DNA of 64,000 nucleotides from a virus: the IMG/VR virus record IMGVR_UViG_3300044971_004534; one strand, 5' to 3'. The notes beneath the pieces are model-generated. The model made no database searches. It was not told the DNA's origin and saw only the letters and a list, made by a program, of their open reading frames with translations. Position numbers and translations under genes: made by a program. Shown here piece after piece: positions 24,369 to 32,808 of this stretch; position 1 is the stretch's first letter; each line of letters begins with the position of its first letter.

Positions 24369-24611
24369 ATGGAAATGGTTTACGGGATCGGTATCGCTAT
24401 TTGCTCTGTGGCTTCCGCTTACTTTGGCTGGAAGTTCGGTTACGCTCAGGGAAACAAAGACGGACACAAAACCGGGTACGATCATGGGGTGACTGCTGCC
24501 ATTCACGCTAACAAAAACGCTATTTTCCGTCAGAGTAAGCCAAGGCTTATGTATGGCGCAAAAAAGATCGTGAATGAAAAAAGCAAGCAAGAAGAAGTCT
24601 GGATTGGTTGA
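24369..24611 (+). CDS. small membrane protein
   Basis: ORF track; N-terminal helix VYGIGIAICSVASAYFGW. Confidence 0.55.
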   Translation: MEMVYGIGIAICSVASAYFGWKFGYAQGNKDGHKTGYDHGVTAAIHANKNAIFRQSKPRLMYGAKKIVNEKSKQEEVWIG

Positions 24612-24651
24612 GATTCCGTATCACTTCTCTATCTGTTGGATATTACTAGGT

Positions 24652-24725
24652 GGGAGATTAGCTCAGCGGTCAAGAGCAGGCGACTCATAATCGCTTGGTC
24701 GTGGGTTCGAACCCCACATCTCCCA
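24652..24725 (+). tRNA. tRNA-Met(CAU) elongator or tRNA-Ile2(CAU, lysidine type)
   Basis: Acceptor GGGAGAT/ATCTCCC, anticodon loop CTCATAA, T-arm GTGGGTTCGAACCCCAC; lacks initiator GGG/CCC anticodon stem. Confidence 0.85.
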
Positions 24726-24799
24726 TTATGCCTAGACGGATAAAGCTTTTACCGTGGCGTATGCCTAGTCACTTTTACGAATATCAAGGAGAAGAAAAA

Positions 24800-25132
24800 A
24801 TGAACGAAAGAAACAAGACCTCTGTGATCCTTTTCAGCATCGGTGCAGGAATGCTGTTTGGTTCTGCTGCCACCATGAGTGCGCCGCAGTATTCCATGTA
24901 TTTTCTGTTTGGTTCGCAGTTCTTCATCATTGCTGGTGCAATCGCCAGTTCCGCTCACTTCACTCGTCGTTTTGATGAGATGAATGTTGAAACTGACAAC
25001 AATCGGCGTGATATGTACAATCACGTTAGTTCCGTTGAAGACAGCATCCAGAGAGATGTTGATGGAGTGCGCCGTGAACTGGCTCAGGTTGAGAGTCGCA
25101 TCTGCACGAACAAACAGAAAGACGCTCGCTGA
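24800..25132 (+). CDS. membrane protein
   Basis: ATG 24800 after CAAGGAGAAG; two helices (VILFSIGAGMLFGSAA, FLFGSQFFIIAGAIA); ORF-track 24695 start would overlap the tRNA. Confidence 0.6.
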   Translation: MNERNKTSVILFSIGAGMLFGSAATMSAPQYSMYFLFGSQFFIIAGAIASSAHFTRRFDEMNVETDNNRRDMYNHVSSVEDSIQRDVDGVRRELAQVESRICTNKQKDAR

Positions 25133-25449
25133 TGTCGCGCCGCCCAAGTAACTCCAAAGGTGGTCTTGACCGCCTTGCGGTTTTGAACGGAGATAGTGCA
25201 GGACAGTATGTTCGCGTTTGCGAAGATGCCGTCAGCACCGTTGAGTTCAAGCCAGGTGTCTACGCTCGCTCAGTCAACGACAACGGATGGGCTTGCCCCC
25301 GTGGTCTTGAGGAAGTGAAGACGCAGGGACTCATCAAGAGCGCTGCGTGGGCGATTCGGGCAATCAAGAGGCGCGCTGAGTCTGGCGATGCTGAAGCGCA
25401 GATCATCATTCAGAACTTGAACGAGATTATCGGACAAGCTTCTGCGTAA
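25132..25449 (+). CDS. hypothetical protein
   Basis: ORF track; TGATG overlap with previous gene. Confidence 0.6.
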   Translation: MSRRPSNSKGGLDRLAVLNGDSAGQYVRVCEDAVSTVEFKPGVYARSVNDNGWACPRGLEEVKTQGLIKSAAWAIRAIKRRAESGDAEAQIIIQNLNEIIGQASA

Positions 25450-25472
25450 GAGCCAAGGAGAGAGGGATGGGG

Positions 25473-25509
25473 TAGCCCCGATTGTCGGAGATCGGGGCTA
25501 TCTTTTTTT
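25473..25509 (+). terminator. rho-independent terminator
   Basis: TAGCCCCGAT / ATCGGGGCTA 10-bp stem followed by TCTTTTTTT. Confidence 0.8.
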
Positions 25510-25573
25510 AATCTACGATGGTCAACTTTCTTGGGAAAAATGGAGAGATTTCGTACCAAGAAGAATGTAGACT

Positions 25574-25582
25574 TGTATACTA
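25574..25582 (+). promoter_or_regulatory. possible extended -10 (TGTATACTA), leaderless
   Basis: -10-like element ends 6-7 nt before ATG 25589; weak -35. Confidence 0.3.
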
Positions 25583-25588
25583 ATAGAC

Positions 25589-25855
25589 ATGGAGCGCAAT
25601 CCTCTATACAGTAAGAGTCGAAAGACAAGCCGTATCATCAATCAGGTTGATAATACGCCGTCTTTGCCTCAGCCAATCCTCAGTCCGATGGTGCGAGTTG
25701 GACTGTACAACTTGGTAACTGGAAGGAATGCGAGTCCTGTTGCGGGTAGCGGTGCTTCATTGAACCAGTATTATGATTCTTTGGACGCTCAGGGTATTGC
25801 GTATCCTGAGTTCGGACCCAATCTTGTGAAACTCAATAAGCCCCCGGAAGGGTGA
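25589..25855 (+). CDS. hypothetical protein
   Basis: ORF track; followed by a strong hairpin. Confidence 0.45.
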   Translation: MERNPLYSKSRKTSRIINQVDNTPSLPQPILSPMVRVGLYNLVTGRNASPVAGSGASLNQYYDSLDAQGIAYPEFGPNLVKLNKPPEG

Positions 25856-25889
25856 GGGGTTGAGGGTTCGCCCTCCCCCTCACCTTTTT
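25851..25889 (+). terminator. rho-independent terminator fused to cassette copy 6
   Basis: GGTGAGGGG / CCCCTCACC 9-bp stem followed by TTTTT. Confidence 0.7.
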
Positions 25890-25923
25890 CTCTTTTTCCC
25901 CCACGATGGGGAAGGTTGTGGCA
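25890..25923 (+). promoter_or_regulatory. conserved intergenic cassette copy 6
   Basis: core 25890-25902; TTG +14..16; A 25923 at +21; 13-nt leader with AAGGA to ATG 25936. Confidence 0.55.
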
Positions 25924-25935
25924 GCAAGGACGATC

Positions 25936-26853
25936 ATGCCCATCCGACACCTCGGTTATGCCTGTCAGAATATGACCCTCGGGGAGACTAAGCCAGTCTC
26001 CAAGCGTGTCTTTACGGACAGAACGCTTCGGATGGACGGGTTTAGTCTGCGGCGAGTAAATGAACTTGCCCTGTCGAACTCCCGTGATCTGCTCAAGATC
26101 ATGTGGTGGAATGTTGAAAATAAAATCAACTTCTTCCGCATTGGTTCAGGGATGTTTCCGTTCATGGATCATCCCGAACTGAAGTACGGTCTTGATGACC
26201 TCGCTACTGCGTTCACGATCAAGGGCGTGTTTCAGAATGTCGGCAACCTTGCCCGTGAGCATGGTATCCGGCTGTCAATGCACCCCGGTCCATACACCTG
26301 TCTTGCATCCCCTGATGAGGCAGTTGTCGCTAAGTCCTTGCTGTGCGTGGAGATGCACTCAATGGTTGGCGATCTTCTTGGAATGGATGACTTCCCAATC
26401 AACATCCACATTGGTGGTGTGTATGACGGCAAGGAAGGGTGTGCAGAGCGGTTTGTCCACAACTTCTCCCGACTTTCTCCACGCGCTCAATCAAGGCTGA
26501 CGCTTGAAAACGATGACAAGGAGGGAATGTGGACGATTCGTGACCTTCTTCCGGTGCATGAAAAGACAGGTATTCCACTTGTTCTTGACATTCATCACCA
26601 CTCGCTCAACACAGGTGGAGATGAACTGACAGCCGTAGCAGACATCGCTCTTTCCACTTGGAACGGAAAAACTCCAAAAGTTCATTATAGTGAACCTAAA
26701 GAGGGTTGCCGTCCCCAAGCACATTCCGACTACATCGTGAATGAGATTCCCGAACTTTGTCCAGTCAGACAATACGATGTGATGATTGAGGCAAAGGCAA
26801 AGGAACTCGCTCTCCTCAAATACAGAAACCTCTTTTTCCCCCTCTCTCGGTGA
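25936..26853 (+). CDS. uvdE: UV damage endonuclease UvdE
   Basis: RHLGYACQN..., FFRIGSGMFPF, RLSMHPGPY, HIGGVY, RLTLENDD, LVLDIHHH, VMIEAKAKE are the UvdE TIM-barrel signature; start set by cassette geometry and SD. Confidence 0.9.
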   Translation: MPIRHLGYACQNMTLGETKPVSKRVFTDRTLRMDGFSLRRVNELALSNSRDLLKIMWWNVENKINFFRIGSGMFPFMDHPELKYGLDDLATAFTIKGVFQNVGNLAREHGIRLSMHPGPYTCLASPDEAVVAKSLLCVEMHSMVGDLLGMDDFPINIHIGGVYDGKEGCAERFVHNFSRLSPRAQSRLTLENDDKEGMWTIRDLLPVHEKTGIPLVLDIHHHSLNTGGDELTAVADIALSTWNGKTPKVHYSEPKEGCRPQAHSDYIVNEIPELCPVRQYDVMIEAKAKELALLKYRNLFFPLSR

Positions 26854-26863
26854 ACTTACGATA
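26830..26863 (+). promoter_or_regulatory. conserved intergenic cassette copy 7 (leaderless class)
   Basis: core 26830-26842 inside the uvdE 3' end; TTA +14..16; ATG 26863 at +21. Confidence 0.55.
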
Positions 26864-27975
26864 TGCCCGCACGCATCTACGACAATCTCTCTGTTGATTC
26901 GGTCAGCGTCAGCAACTCTCACTCTGCTGCCCTTATTGGTGACAGCATCCTTGGGTGGGGTAGCCGCGCCAAGAGCAAGTTGGACTTCCCGGTTGGCAAG
27001 TTCGTGAGCGCAGCCTGTGGCTTCTCTCACTCTGCCGCCGTTGACTCCAACGGCAGTCTTTTCACCATTGGCAACGCGCTTGGTGGCAAGTTGAACAGCG
27101 GCAATCTGAACAGTCGTGGCAAGTTCAAGACCGTTCGCTGCTCTCGCAACTACACCGCTGCGACCATTGAGTACGGTGACGGAAAGCATCGGATTGCCGT
27201 GTTTGGCGATCAGAAGCCGTACAGCGTTCTCCCGTCCACGATTTACTCCAAGACGGCTAAGGATGAAGGTGTGTTCACCTTTGACTCCAACATCGGAGAC
27301 TTTGACATTGATGACAACGGGACTCTCGTTGTTGATGATCTCAAGGGTTCGATCTCCGTCATTCGTGGCAGCATTTGCAGCCTGAGCGGACTTCCCGGTA
27401 AAGTTACCAAGGTTCGTTGCGGCGACCCCAACACCACGACCATTGCAATCGCCCATGTGAATGACAGGGCATATCTGCTCACCCGCACCCACACGGGAAC
27501 TCAGCAGATTGCGGAGATTGCGGGTGATGTCACCGATGTGATCTGTGCAAACAAGTTCTATGGATATGTTGTTTCCAAGCGTGAACTCGTTGTCGTTGGA
27601 GAGCATTTCGGAAACATTCGCCTTCCCGATGGTTGGTCGATTGAGAGCGCCGATGGCGGCAATAATGGTTATGCAATCTGTGTGAGCGACAATGAAGGCA
27701 GTCGCCATCTTGTCCTTGTTGGAGACAACACCAAGAACAAGGAACTTGTGATCGAAGGTCACGATCATCGTGAATGCCCCCGCAAGGACGGCATGATCTA
27801 TGAGATTCGTGAGGACAAGACCGCCAAGGCGAAGCCGATTGTCGTTGCCGCTGTCAGCGCGATCACCGATGATTGCGATGATTCCGACTACGAGTGTGAG
27901 CCGTGCAAGTTCCGCTTTGTCGCAAAGTCCCCTGTTTGCCCGATGTGTAAGGGCGAGGTGGCGGTCAATGTTTGA
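26863..27975 (+). CDS. RCC1-like beta-propeller repeat protein with C-terminal Zn-ribbon
   Basis: HSAALIGDSILGWGS, SHSAAVDSNGSLFTIGN repeats; C-terminal CEPC...CPMC; repeat assignment is weak. Confidence 0.55.
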   Translation: MPARIYDNLSVDSVSVSNSHSAALIGDSILGWGSRAKSKLDFPVGKFVSAACGFSHSAAVDSNGSLFTIGNALGGKLNSGNLNSRGKFKTVRCSRNYTAATIEYGDGKHRIAVFGDQKPYSVLPSTIYSKTAKDEGVFTFDSNIGDFDIDDNGTLVVDDLKGSISVIRGSICSLSGLPGKVTKVRCGDPNTTTIAIAHVNDRAYLLTRTHTGTQQIAEIAGDVTDVICANKFYGYVVSKRELVVVGEHFGNIRLPDGWSIESADGGNNGYAICVSDNEGSRHLVLVGDNTKNKELVIEGHDHRECPRKDGMIYEIREDKTAKAKPIVVAAVSAITDDCDDSDYECEPCKFRFVAKSPVCPMCKGEVAVNV

Positions 27976-28096
27976 ACGCAAGTGGTATTCCAACATTGAA
28001 CCGATCATGGATTGGTGGATCAGCAATACTCCAAAGTGGATGCAGCCTCATTTTGTTTGGACTGCCTACTTTTTTGCCATCGACCGATTTCCTTGA
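27968..28096 (+). CDS. small hypothetical protein (42 aa)
   Basis: ATG 27968 overlaps previous stop; frame of ORF-track 27800..28096; Trp-rich. Confidence 0.3.
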   Translation: MFERKWYSNIEPIMDWWISNTPKWMQPHFVWTAYFFAIDRFP

Positions 28097-28113
28097 ACCG
28101 ATAAATCGTTGAA

Positions 28114-28197
28114 GGCTCTGTGGCGGAACTGGCAGACGCAGCGGACTCAAAATCCGCCGCCGTAAAAAGCGTGTGGGTTCGACCCCCACCGGAGCCA
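28114..28197 (+). tRNA. tRNA-Leu(CAA)
   Basis: Acceptor GGCTCTG/CGGAGCC, anticodon stem GCGGA/TCCGC, loop CTCAAAA, long variable arm, T-arm GTGGGTTCGACCCCCAC. Confidence 0.85.
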
Positions 28198-28200
28198 TTC

Positions 28201-28285
28201 GGGACTGTGGCGGAATCGGCATACGCAGCAGACTTAAAATCTGCCGACCTCAAAAGTCTTGTGGGTTCAAGTCCCACCAGTCCCA
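28201..28285 (+). tRNA. tRNA-Leu(UAA)
   Basis: Acceptor GGGACTG/CAGTCCC, anticodon stem GCAGA/TCTGC, loop CTTAAAA, long variable arm, T-arm GTGGGTTCAAGTCCCAC. Confidence 0.9.
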
Positions 28286-28319
28286 CTCTTTTTCCCCCTC
28301 TCCCGGTAGGATTGCGGCA
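28286..28319 (+). promoter_or_regulatory. conserved intergenic cassette copy 8 (leaderless class)
   Basis: core 28286-28298 abuts tRNA-Leu 3' end; TTG +14..16; ATG 28319 at +21. Confidence 0.55.
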
Positions 28320-29029
28320 TGACCAAGGTTTTGGACAACGCATCCGTAGTGAAGGCTTACCGATCACTCCTCAAGGAGTCAAAGGATTGGGGGCATCGTT
28401 TCTCAACTCCCGCCGTTCGTGGCGTACTGAATCGACTTTTTGGTCTTGATGCACTGAGGCTTGATTATTCCAACGAGGAATATGCACTTGCCTTGATTCG
28501 CAGCGATCCCAACTCAATCTCTTGCATTCCTGAGCAAGTTTGGGAAAAGATCAAGGATGACGCAGACAACATCCTCACGCTTCAGCGTGTGGGTGGAGCG
28601 ATGCCTCACAACACGGAGGGTATTCAGTTTTGCCTTGTTGTTGACGAAGGATGGGAGTTGCTTGGGTGGCAACCTCTTGCCTTGATTCTCGCTGCCGGGG
28701 CAATCAAGATGGACATTTACACCATCGGCTCAGGCATTGATGGTGATGATTCCATTGACATCACCTTCTTCAAGGATGTGAACAAGCCGATTGATCTTGA
28801 CTACGAGACTTGGACTTGGGACATCAATGATTGGCTCATCAACTCGTATGCGTACAGGAATGTGGCAATCACCATCCATGTTGACATTCTCAAGTTGAAT
28901 GTCACCTGCGAGGGAGAGATGGCAGTTCGCAGAAGTTTCGCGGAAAAAATGAGTATTTCCAACAAGAACAATCTTGTTCAGTCAGTTGATGACATCTTGG
29001 TGTCAGTTGGCAAAAAACTGACTACTTGA
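28319..29029 (+). CDS. hypothetical protein
   Basis: ORF track. Confidence 0.6.
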   Translation: MTKVLDNASVVKAYRSLLKESKDWGHRFSTPAVRGVLNRLFGLDALRLDYSNEEYALALIRSDPNSISCIPEQVWEKIKDDADNILTLQRVGGAMPHNTEGIQFCLVVDEGWELLGWQPLALILAAGAIKMDIYTIGSGIDGDDSIDITFFKDVNKPIDLDYETWTWDINDWLINSYAYRNVAITIHVDILKLNVTCEGEMAVRRSFAEKMSISNKNNLVQSVDDILVSVGKKLTT

Positions 29030-29034
29030 CCCTT

Positions 29035-29068
29035 CTCGTTTTCCCCCTCTAGCCGTGGGTTTGAGGTA
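29035..29068 (+). promoter_or_regulatory. conserved intergenic cassette copy 9 (leaderless class)
   Basis: core 29035-29047; TTG +14..16; ATG 29068 at +21. Confidence 0.55.
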
Positions 29069-30270
29069 TGAGCATCAAGGTCGATTCTTTCTTCAGCGGA
29101 CACAGCGCCGCCGCATTCACCCTGAGTGATGGCAGCATTCGCATGGTCGGAGAAGCGGGTCGTGAGGGAGCCTTTGGCTTCTACTCCAAGGGGTGTCACT
29201 CGTACACGAAGATTTCTCCCAACGGAGTGATTGTCGGCAGCATCAGCAACAAGTATTTCCACGCTCCTCCTCAGCACATCGGTCACATCGTGAAGTGCGT
29301 GACCATGTGGGGAATGACTTTCGCCATTGATAACACGGGCAGACTGTACGCTTGGGGTACATTCAAGAAGCGTCAATGGGACTCTATCCCATTTGACCGT
29401 ACTTTCAAGAACATCATGTGCGTTGGATGGGGGACCATTCTCTTTACTCAAACGGATGGAACGAGCGTTCCCATGTTCTTGCGTGAAGAAGGTCCGTCAA
29501 CGACCATGTTCTTCCAACACGCTAAGTCATTTCCTGCAATCAAGTCTGCTGCGATTGCGCGAGACAGCGGGTACATGATGGGTGAAGATGGCAGTCTCCT
29601 TTACTATTGGGACAAGAACGGTTCAGATAGCGACAAGAGTTGTGACTGGAAGTGCAAGACCGTAAGTGATTGCATTTGGGCTTCATTCAGCGATGGAAGC
29701 CTGATCTATAGGGACGGAAGGGGTGTGCATATTGCCATGAGGGGCAACAACAAGTGGAGTACCTCCATGAGTATCGCTGCCGTTGAGGACAAGGAAAGCC
29801 CTATTCATCGTGCAGTTGCATCAGCGGATCATTTCACTAACGACAATCAGGCATTCTTGCTTGACGATAACTCCATTCTGCGTTGCATCAACGGCAGATT
29901 CCGTGGAGACAAGTGCGAAGGCAGCATCACTCCTGTGTTTGAGGATGGAGTGAAGCAGTTTGACTGCAACTTTGTCCTTACGAACAAAGGTGTAATCATC
30001 CCGATTTCTGATGAGGCTTGGAGTCGTACTGACATGGTTCTGTCAGCCTTTGACGAATGGGCTGATGACGAGGACATCGTGTACGGAATGTGCAAGATTG
30101 CCCCTCGCAACTTCCTGTGTGCCTCTAATCGTCTACGCAAGGATGTTGACTTCTGCAAGAAGATTGCACAACTTGGACCCCATGCGTATCAGTACATTGA
30201 TGGCATGGTCAGAAGGAATCGTGAACTGCGTCCATACAAGCATATGTATGCGATGGCAGGAGATCGGTAG
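29068..30270 (+). CDS. RCC1-like beta-propeller repeat protein
   Basis: GHSAAAFTLSDGSIRMVGE, TFAIDNTGRLYAWGTF repeats; weak. Confidence 0.55.
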   Translation: MSIKVDSFFSGHSAAAFTLSDGSIRMVGEAGREGAFGFYSKGCHSYTKISPNGVIVGSISNKYFHAPPQHIGHIVKCVTMWGMTFAIDNTGRLYAWGTFKKRQWDSIPFDRTFKNIMCVGWGTILFTQTDGTSVPMFLREEGPSTTMFFQHAKSFPAIKSAAIARDSGYMMGEDGSLLYYWDKNGSDSDKSCDWKCKTVSDCIWASFSDGSLIYRDGRGVHIAMRGNNKWSTSMSIAAVEDKESPIHRAVASADHFTNDNQAFLLDDNSILRCINGRFRGDKCEGSITPVFEDGVKQFDCNFVLTNKGVIIPISDEAWSRTDMVLSAFDEWADDEDIVYGMCKIAPRNFLCASNRLRKDVDFCKKIAQLGPHAYQYIDGMVRRNRELRPYKHMYAMAGDR

Positions 30271-30273
30271 ACC

Positions 30274-30307
30274 CTCGTTTTCCCCCACCGCACCGGAACT
30301 TACGACA
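30274..30307 (+). promoter_or_regulatory. conserved intergenic cassette copy 10 (leaderless class)
   Basis: core 30274-30286; TTA +14..16; ATG 30307 at +21. Confidence 0.55.
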
Positions 30308-30726
30308 TGAGCCACCCTTACTACCACGCCAAGAGTTCCGCCAAGAAGTTTGGTGGTCAGCCGGAAGATTACATCGCTCTACATGAATGGTTCGATCAGA
30401 CGAAGGCTCATCTTCCCGATGCGCGTCACCGCTCTGTTCTCCATTCGTCTTTCGGCATCTACATGGCGCAGCAAGTCTTTGGTGAGGTGATCGTTCGCAA
30501 GTCAGACGGCAAGCCTGTCCCCACCCGAATGCTTGGCGAACAGCACGTTCTTGAGGACATGGGTATGATTCCCACGCTTCAAGATTGGCTCAAGGAACTC
30601 CCCCTGCGTTCGTGGATGATCCGTGGCGCAAAGGCTTTGAGCAAGGAGCAAGACTCTGCTGAAGGCGGTATGTGTGAGCCGAATCAGCACGAAGTTATTG
30701 GACAGCCTGTGACTACAGAAAGTTGA
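30307..30726 (+). CDS. hypothetical protein
   Basis: ORF track; HAKSSAKKFGGQPEDYIALHEWFDQTK N-terminus recalls a widespread phage family I cannot name. Confidence 0.65.
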   Translation: MSHPYYHAKSSAKKFGGQPEDYIALHEWFDQTKAHLPDARHRSVLHSSFGIYMAQQVFGEVIVRKSDGKPVPTRMLGEQHVLEDMGMIPTLQDWLKELPLRSWMIRGAKALSKEQDSAEGGMCEPNQHEVIGQPVTTES

Positions 30727-30782
30727 CCTAAAAGTTGATATCCCGTATCAGATGAGTTTTGAAAGGGATATCAATAGGTAAC

Positions 30783-30855
30783 GAGACTGTAGCTCAGTTG
30801 GTAGAGCAATCGGCTTTTAACCGATTGGTCATGGGTTCAAGTCCCATCAGTCTCA
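30783..30855 (+). tRNA. tRNA-Lys(UUU)
   Basis: Acceptor GAGACTG/CAGTCTC, anticodon stem ATCGG/CCGAT, loop CTTTTAA, T-arm ATGGGTTCAAGTCCCAT. Confidence 0.9.
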
Positions 30856-30860
30856 TTCAA

Positions 30861-31106
30861 ATGAAAAAAGAACGATCCAACACCTTTGCTGTGGTGGATG
30901 GCGTTCTGTTCTTGGGCAAAAACGGTGATATTGTCGGGGTGGATAAATCGGGCAAGGAAACACAGCGGATTCCGCTAGACAACATTGCTGAATGTTGTAG
31001 ACTAGTATCCGCACATCCCGGCATATACAACATACTTCCGAAATCGCTTAGAAATAACAAAGAGATAAAGTCAACCTACCTGATAGCAAAGTTAGGTAAG
31101 GGCTGA
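30861..31106 (+). CDS. hypothetical protein
   Basis: ATG 30861 just after the tRNA; frame of ORF-track 30759..31106, whose N-terminus is tRNA sequence. Confidence 0.5.
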   Translation: MKKERSNTFAVVDGVLFLGKNGDIVGVDKSGKETQRIPLDNIAECCRLVSAHPGIYNILPKSLRNNKEIKSTYLIAKLGKG

Positions 31107-31140
31107 CTCGTTTTCCCCCTCCACGGCAGGACTTGAGACA
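31107..31140 (+). promoter_or_regulatory. conserved intergenic cassette copy 11 (leaderless class)
   Basis: core 31107-31119; TTG +14..16; ATG 31140 at +21. Confidence 0.55.
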
Positions 31141-31850
31141 TGGCAAAGAAGAAGGCTACCAAGACCGTCAAGACCGCATCCGAGTCCAAGTTTGATTGGC
31201 TTGCTCATTTCAACAAGCCGCAGACTCGCAAGACCATTGTTCGACTCATTAGCATTTGCTCTGATGAGGAAGTCAAGATTGACACGAACGCGAAGCCCGA
31301 GCAGTTCGCAGAGCAGATCATCTCGTACTCTCCGAACTCTTGGAAGTTCATGCCCAAGTCTCTTATTCCTGATACGGAGCGGCGCAAGGTTCTTGAGACT
31401 TTGAACAAGTTGGCTTCACCCGAAGGGGAAAAGTCTTGGTATCGCCGCGACAACGCGGCTATTCCTCCCGCGATCCTCGCTCTTATGTCGCGTGGCGTGA
31501 AGTCTCTTGACTTCCAATACAGCGGTGGTTGGGATGAAACTTCCTATGACGAAGGCGCTCCTACGGTCGATTTCTTCCCTGATGCCCTGTCGAAGGCTGA
31601 TGAAAAGCGACTCAACAGCAACAAGTGGGATACTTTGCAGAAGTTCTACGGTGAACTTTTTGATTGGCTGAAGAACGAAACGGGAGTCGAAGCACGGGAC
31701 ATTCTGTACGCTTTCCTTGATGACTCCGGCGCAGGAGATGGGAACACCTACTCGCAGATGATGAAGATTGACCTTGAGAAGTGGTCAGTTCACCTTCACG
31801 ACTACGAGCAGGATGAGTACGAAGATGACGAGGAGGAGAGCGAGGAGTGA
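31140..31850 (+). CDS. hypothetical protein with acidic C-terminal tail
   Basis: ORF track; ends YEQDEYEDDEEESEE. Confidence 0.65.
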   Translation: MAKKKATKTVKTASESKFDWLAHFNKPQTRKTIVRLISICSDEEVKIDTNAKPEQFAEQIISYSPNSWKFMPKSLIPDTERRKVLETLNKLASPEGEKSWYRRDNAAIPPAILALMSRGVKSLDFQYSGGWDETSYDEGAPTVDFFPDALSKADEKRLNSNKWDTLQKFYGELFDWLKNETGVEARDILYAFLDDSGAGDGNTYSQMMKIDLEKWSVHLHDYEQDEYEDDEEESEE

Positions 31851-31854
31851 TGTC

Positions 31855-31888
31855 CTCGTTTTCCCCCTACAAGCAAGAGGTTGCAGCA
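31855..31888 (+). promoter_or_regulatory. conserved intergenic cassette copy 12 (leaderless class)
   Basis: core 31855-31867; TTG +14..16; ATG 31888 at +21. Confidence 0.55.
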
Positions 31889-32217
31889 TGAAAGAGCCAG
31901 CGACAATCCAACATTCTCTTGATAAGGCAAAGGAAGCGTTCCTTGAGTGGCATCAGATCGCCACAGGAGAGTTTCCCGACATCAAGGATCGTGAGGAAAA
32001 GGCGGTTACCGCTGTCATGGCTCTATCTGATGTCATCAGTAGGGCTTCAATGAAGTCCTTTGGTGATCTCCTTACGGCTCCCGAACTGAAGGCTGTTCAT
32101 CAGTCGATGATGATGATTCGCACAAAGGAATCAGACGATGTATTCAAGAAGTCGCTCCACCATGCCGTGCAGCGTTTGCTTGAGAACTTCACGCAATCTT
32201 TGACAGACGAGAAATAA
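31888..32217 (+). CDS. hypothetical protein
   Basis: ATG 31888 in frame of ORF-track 31768..32217. Confidence 0.6.
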   Translation: MKEPATIQHSLDKAKEAFLEWHQIATGEFPDIKDREEKAVTAVMALSDVISRASMKSFGDLLTAPELKAVHQSMMMIRTKESDDVFKKSLHHAVQRLLENFTQSLTDEK

Positions 32218-32218
32218 A

Positions 32219-32506
32219 ATGCCACGATTTGAAAAGGTCGGATACATCGGTGTCGATAGCGGTCAAGTCATGCTCATCGACCCCTGCTACATCAAGAAGG
32301 ACTTTGAGAGTGAGTTTGGGGCAAAGCCTGACCTGAACTATGCGGGTGCTTGTGAAGTCACGCTTTCGCAGGATGGTTGCGGCAACTTTGGTGGCGATGG
32401 CATGGCTTTCGCAACGCGCACCGCTTTCGGAGATGGCACATATCCCGTCTATGTGAAGCGCGATTCACACGGCGCTATCATTGAAATGAAAATCAAGTTC
32501 GTATGA
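32219..32506 (+). CDS. hypothetical protein
   Basis: ORF track; GVDSGQVMLIDP...GDGTYPVY pattern. Confidence 0.6.
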   Translation: MPRFEKVGYIGVDSGQVMLIDPCYIKKDFESEFGAKPDLNYAGACEVTLSQDGCGNFGGDGMAFATRTAFGDGTYPVYVKRDSHGAIIEMKIKFV

Positions 32507-32805
32507 AAGCAGACATTGACAGGATCGCTGTCATCTCAACGGCGCACATCACGCCTGATGACAACGTTCTTTTCAAGAAAGTAACCACTTATCCGCTGAC
32601 CACCTTCCATTACGAAGGTGGGATTATCCTGCCACTTCTTGCTACCGAAGTGCTTACAGCAAGACAGCGGACTGAAGTGCTTGATTGGGGTTTCAGTCAG
32701 AGCGTAGTTGAGATCATTATGTGGGCGCATCACAACCGTTTTGCGGGTGTGCGTCTTGATCGTGATGGTCCGATTGTTTCTGAACTTGCCTCATACGATT
32801 GGTAA
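32503..32805 (+). CDS. hypothetical protein
   Basis: ORF track; ATGA overlap. Confidence 0.6.
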   Translation: MKADIDRIAVISTAHITPDDNVLFKKVTTYPLTTFHYEGGIILPLLATEVLTARQRTEVLDWGFSQSVVEIIMWAHHNRFAGVRLDRDGPIVSELASYDW

Positions 32806-32808
32806 AGC

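Noticed and set aside
26491-28026. 511-aa minus-strand ORF
   Set aside because: It is antisense to uvdE and the RCC1-like gene. It has no motifs and no SD. The + strand genes are supported by cassette geometry and a recognisable UvdE signature.
28120-28449. 109-aa + strand ORF, and likewise the N-termini of ORFs 24695.. and 30759.. and minus ORF 24107..24310
   Set aside because: They are translations of tRNA-Leu x2, tRNA-Met, tRNA-Lys and tmRNA sequence respectively. The starts were moved downstream or the ORFs dropped.
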